A program made the translations under genes and the position numbers. Below are positions 63,911 to 64,000 of a DNA stretch of 64,000 nucleotides, one piece after another; positions within the stretch are counted from its first letter, which is position 1, and each line of letters starts with the position of its first letter. The DNA is from Gnetum montanum (Eukaryota; Plantae; Gnetophyta). The stretch covers positions 246,486 to 310,485 of the forward strand of contig MNCI01000673.1 of NCBI GenBank assembly GCA_015680685.1, given 5' to 3'. The notes below the pieces were generated by a model. That model did no database searches. It was not told the DNA's origin and was given only the letters and a program-made list of their open reading frames with translations.

Positions 63911-64000
63911 TGGTCAAGGGGAAGTAGGTGTGGGACTCGGGGAGGAAAGAGCCAGACTTAACCTTCACCAAGGAGAGTGAGGTGATGCTCCGATGCCTAC

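Larger units (their letters stand above)
56501..64000 (-). mobile_element. Element I: Ty3/gypsy Tat/Ogre-type element, 3' part (continues beyond the window)
   Basis: pol domain order RT-RH-aRH-INT; long repeat-bearing 3' UTR; probable 3' LTR ~56501-58124 (TGTCGG..; PPT-like reverse complement TGTGGCATTT at 58125-58134). LTR limits are inferred without a partner LTR. Confidence 0.85.

Overview
Eukaryotic, AT-rich, heavily C>T/G>A-mutated land-plant heterochromatin with scaffold gaps. No intact host gene was found. Almost the whole window is a nest of LTR retrotransposons (letters are my labels). (1) A degenerate minus-strand Athila-type Ty3 element G (PBS ~33.2 kb, gag-pol ~32.2-21.1 kb plus 9.9-9.5 kb, accessory ORF remnants further left). 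It is split by a pol-less Athila-like element B (25127-31869, TSD ATATG) and by a plus-strand TGTAAC-ended LTR element H (9932-~20880). H itself contains another pol-less Athila-like element A (10738-16328, TSD ACCAT). (2) A copia element E (~34840-51496) containing a gag-protease-only CRM-like element D (35625-48380). D contains a gag-less Athila-like element C (39466-43783, TSD AATAG) and a gag-only SIRE-like copia F (44285-48300). (3) A younger Tat/Ogre-type Ty3 element I with RT-RH-aRH-INT (56.5-64 kb). The most unusual object is H. It has no recognisable gag/pol, but carries an intronless, strongly diverged CCR4-type deadenylase (EEP) reading frame (~19041-20150) upstream of its PPT, and a 5S rRNA internal Pol III promoter segment (~18268-18337) ~700 bp upstream on the same strand. 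It therefore looks like a large Cassandra-like element with a captured mRNA-decay nuclease. The ORF track misses this CCR4 frame because it is broken by stop codons. All family assignments come from motif recognition by eye, not from database searches.
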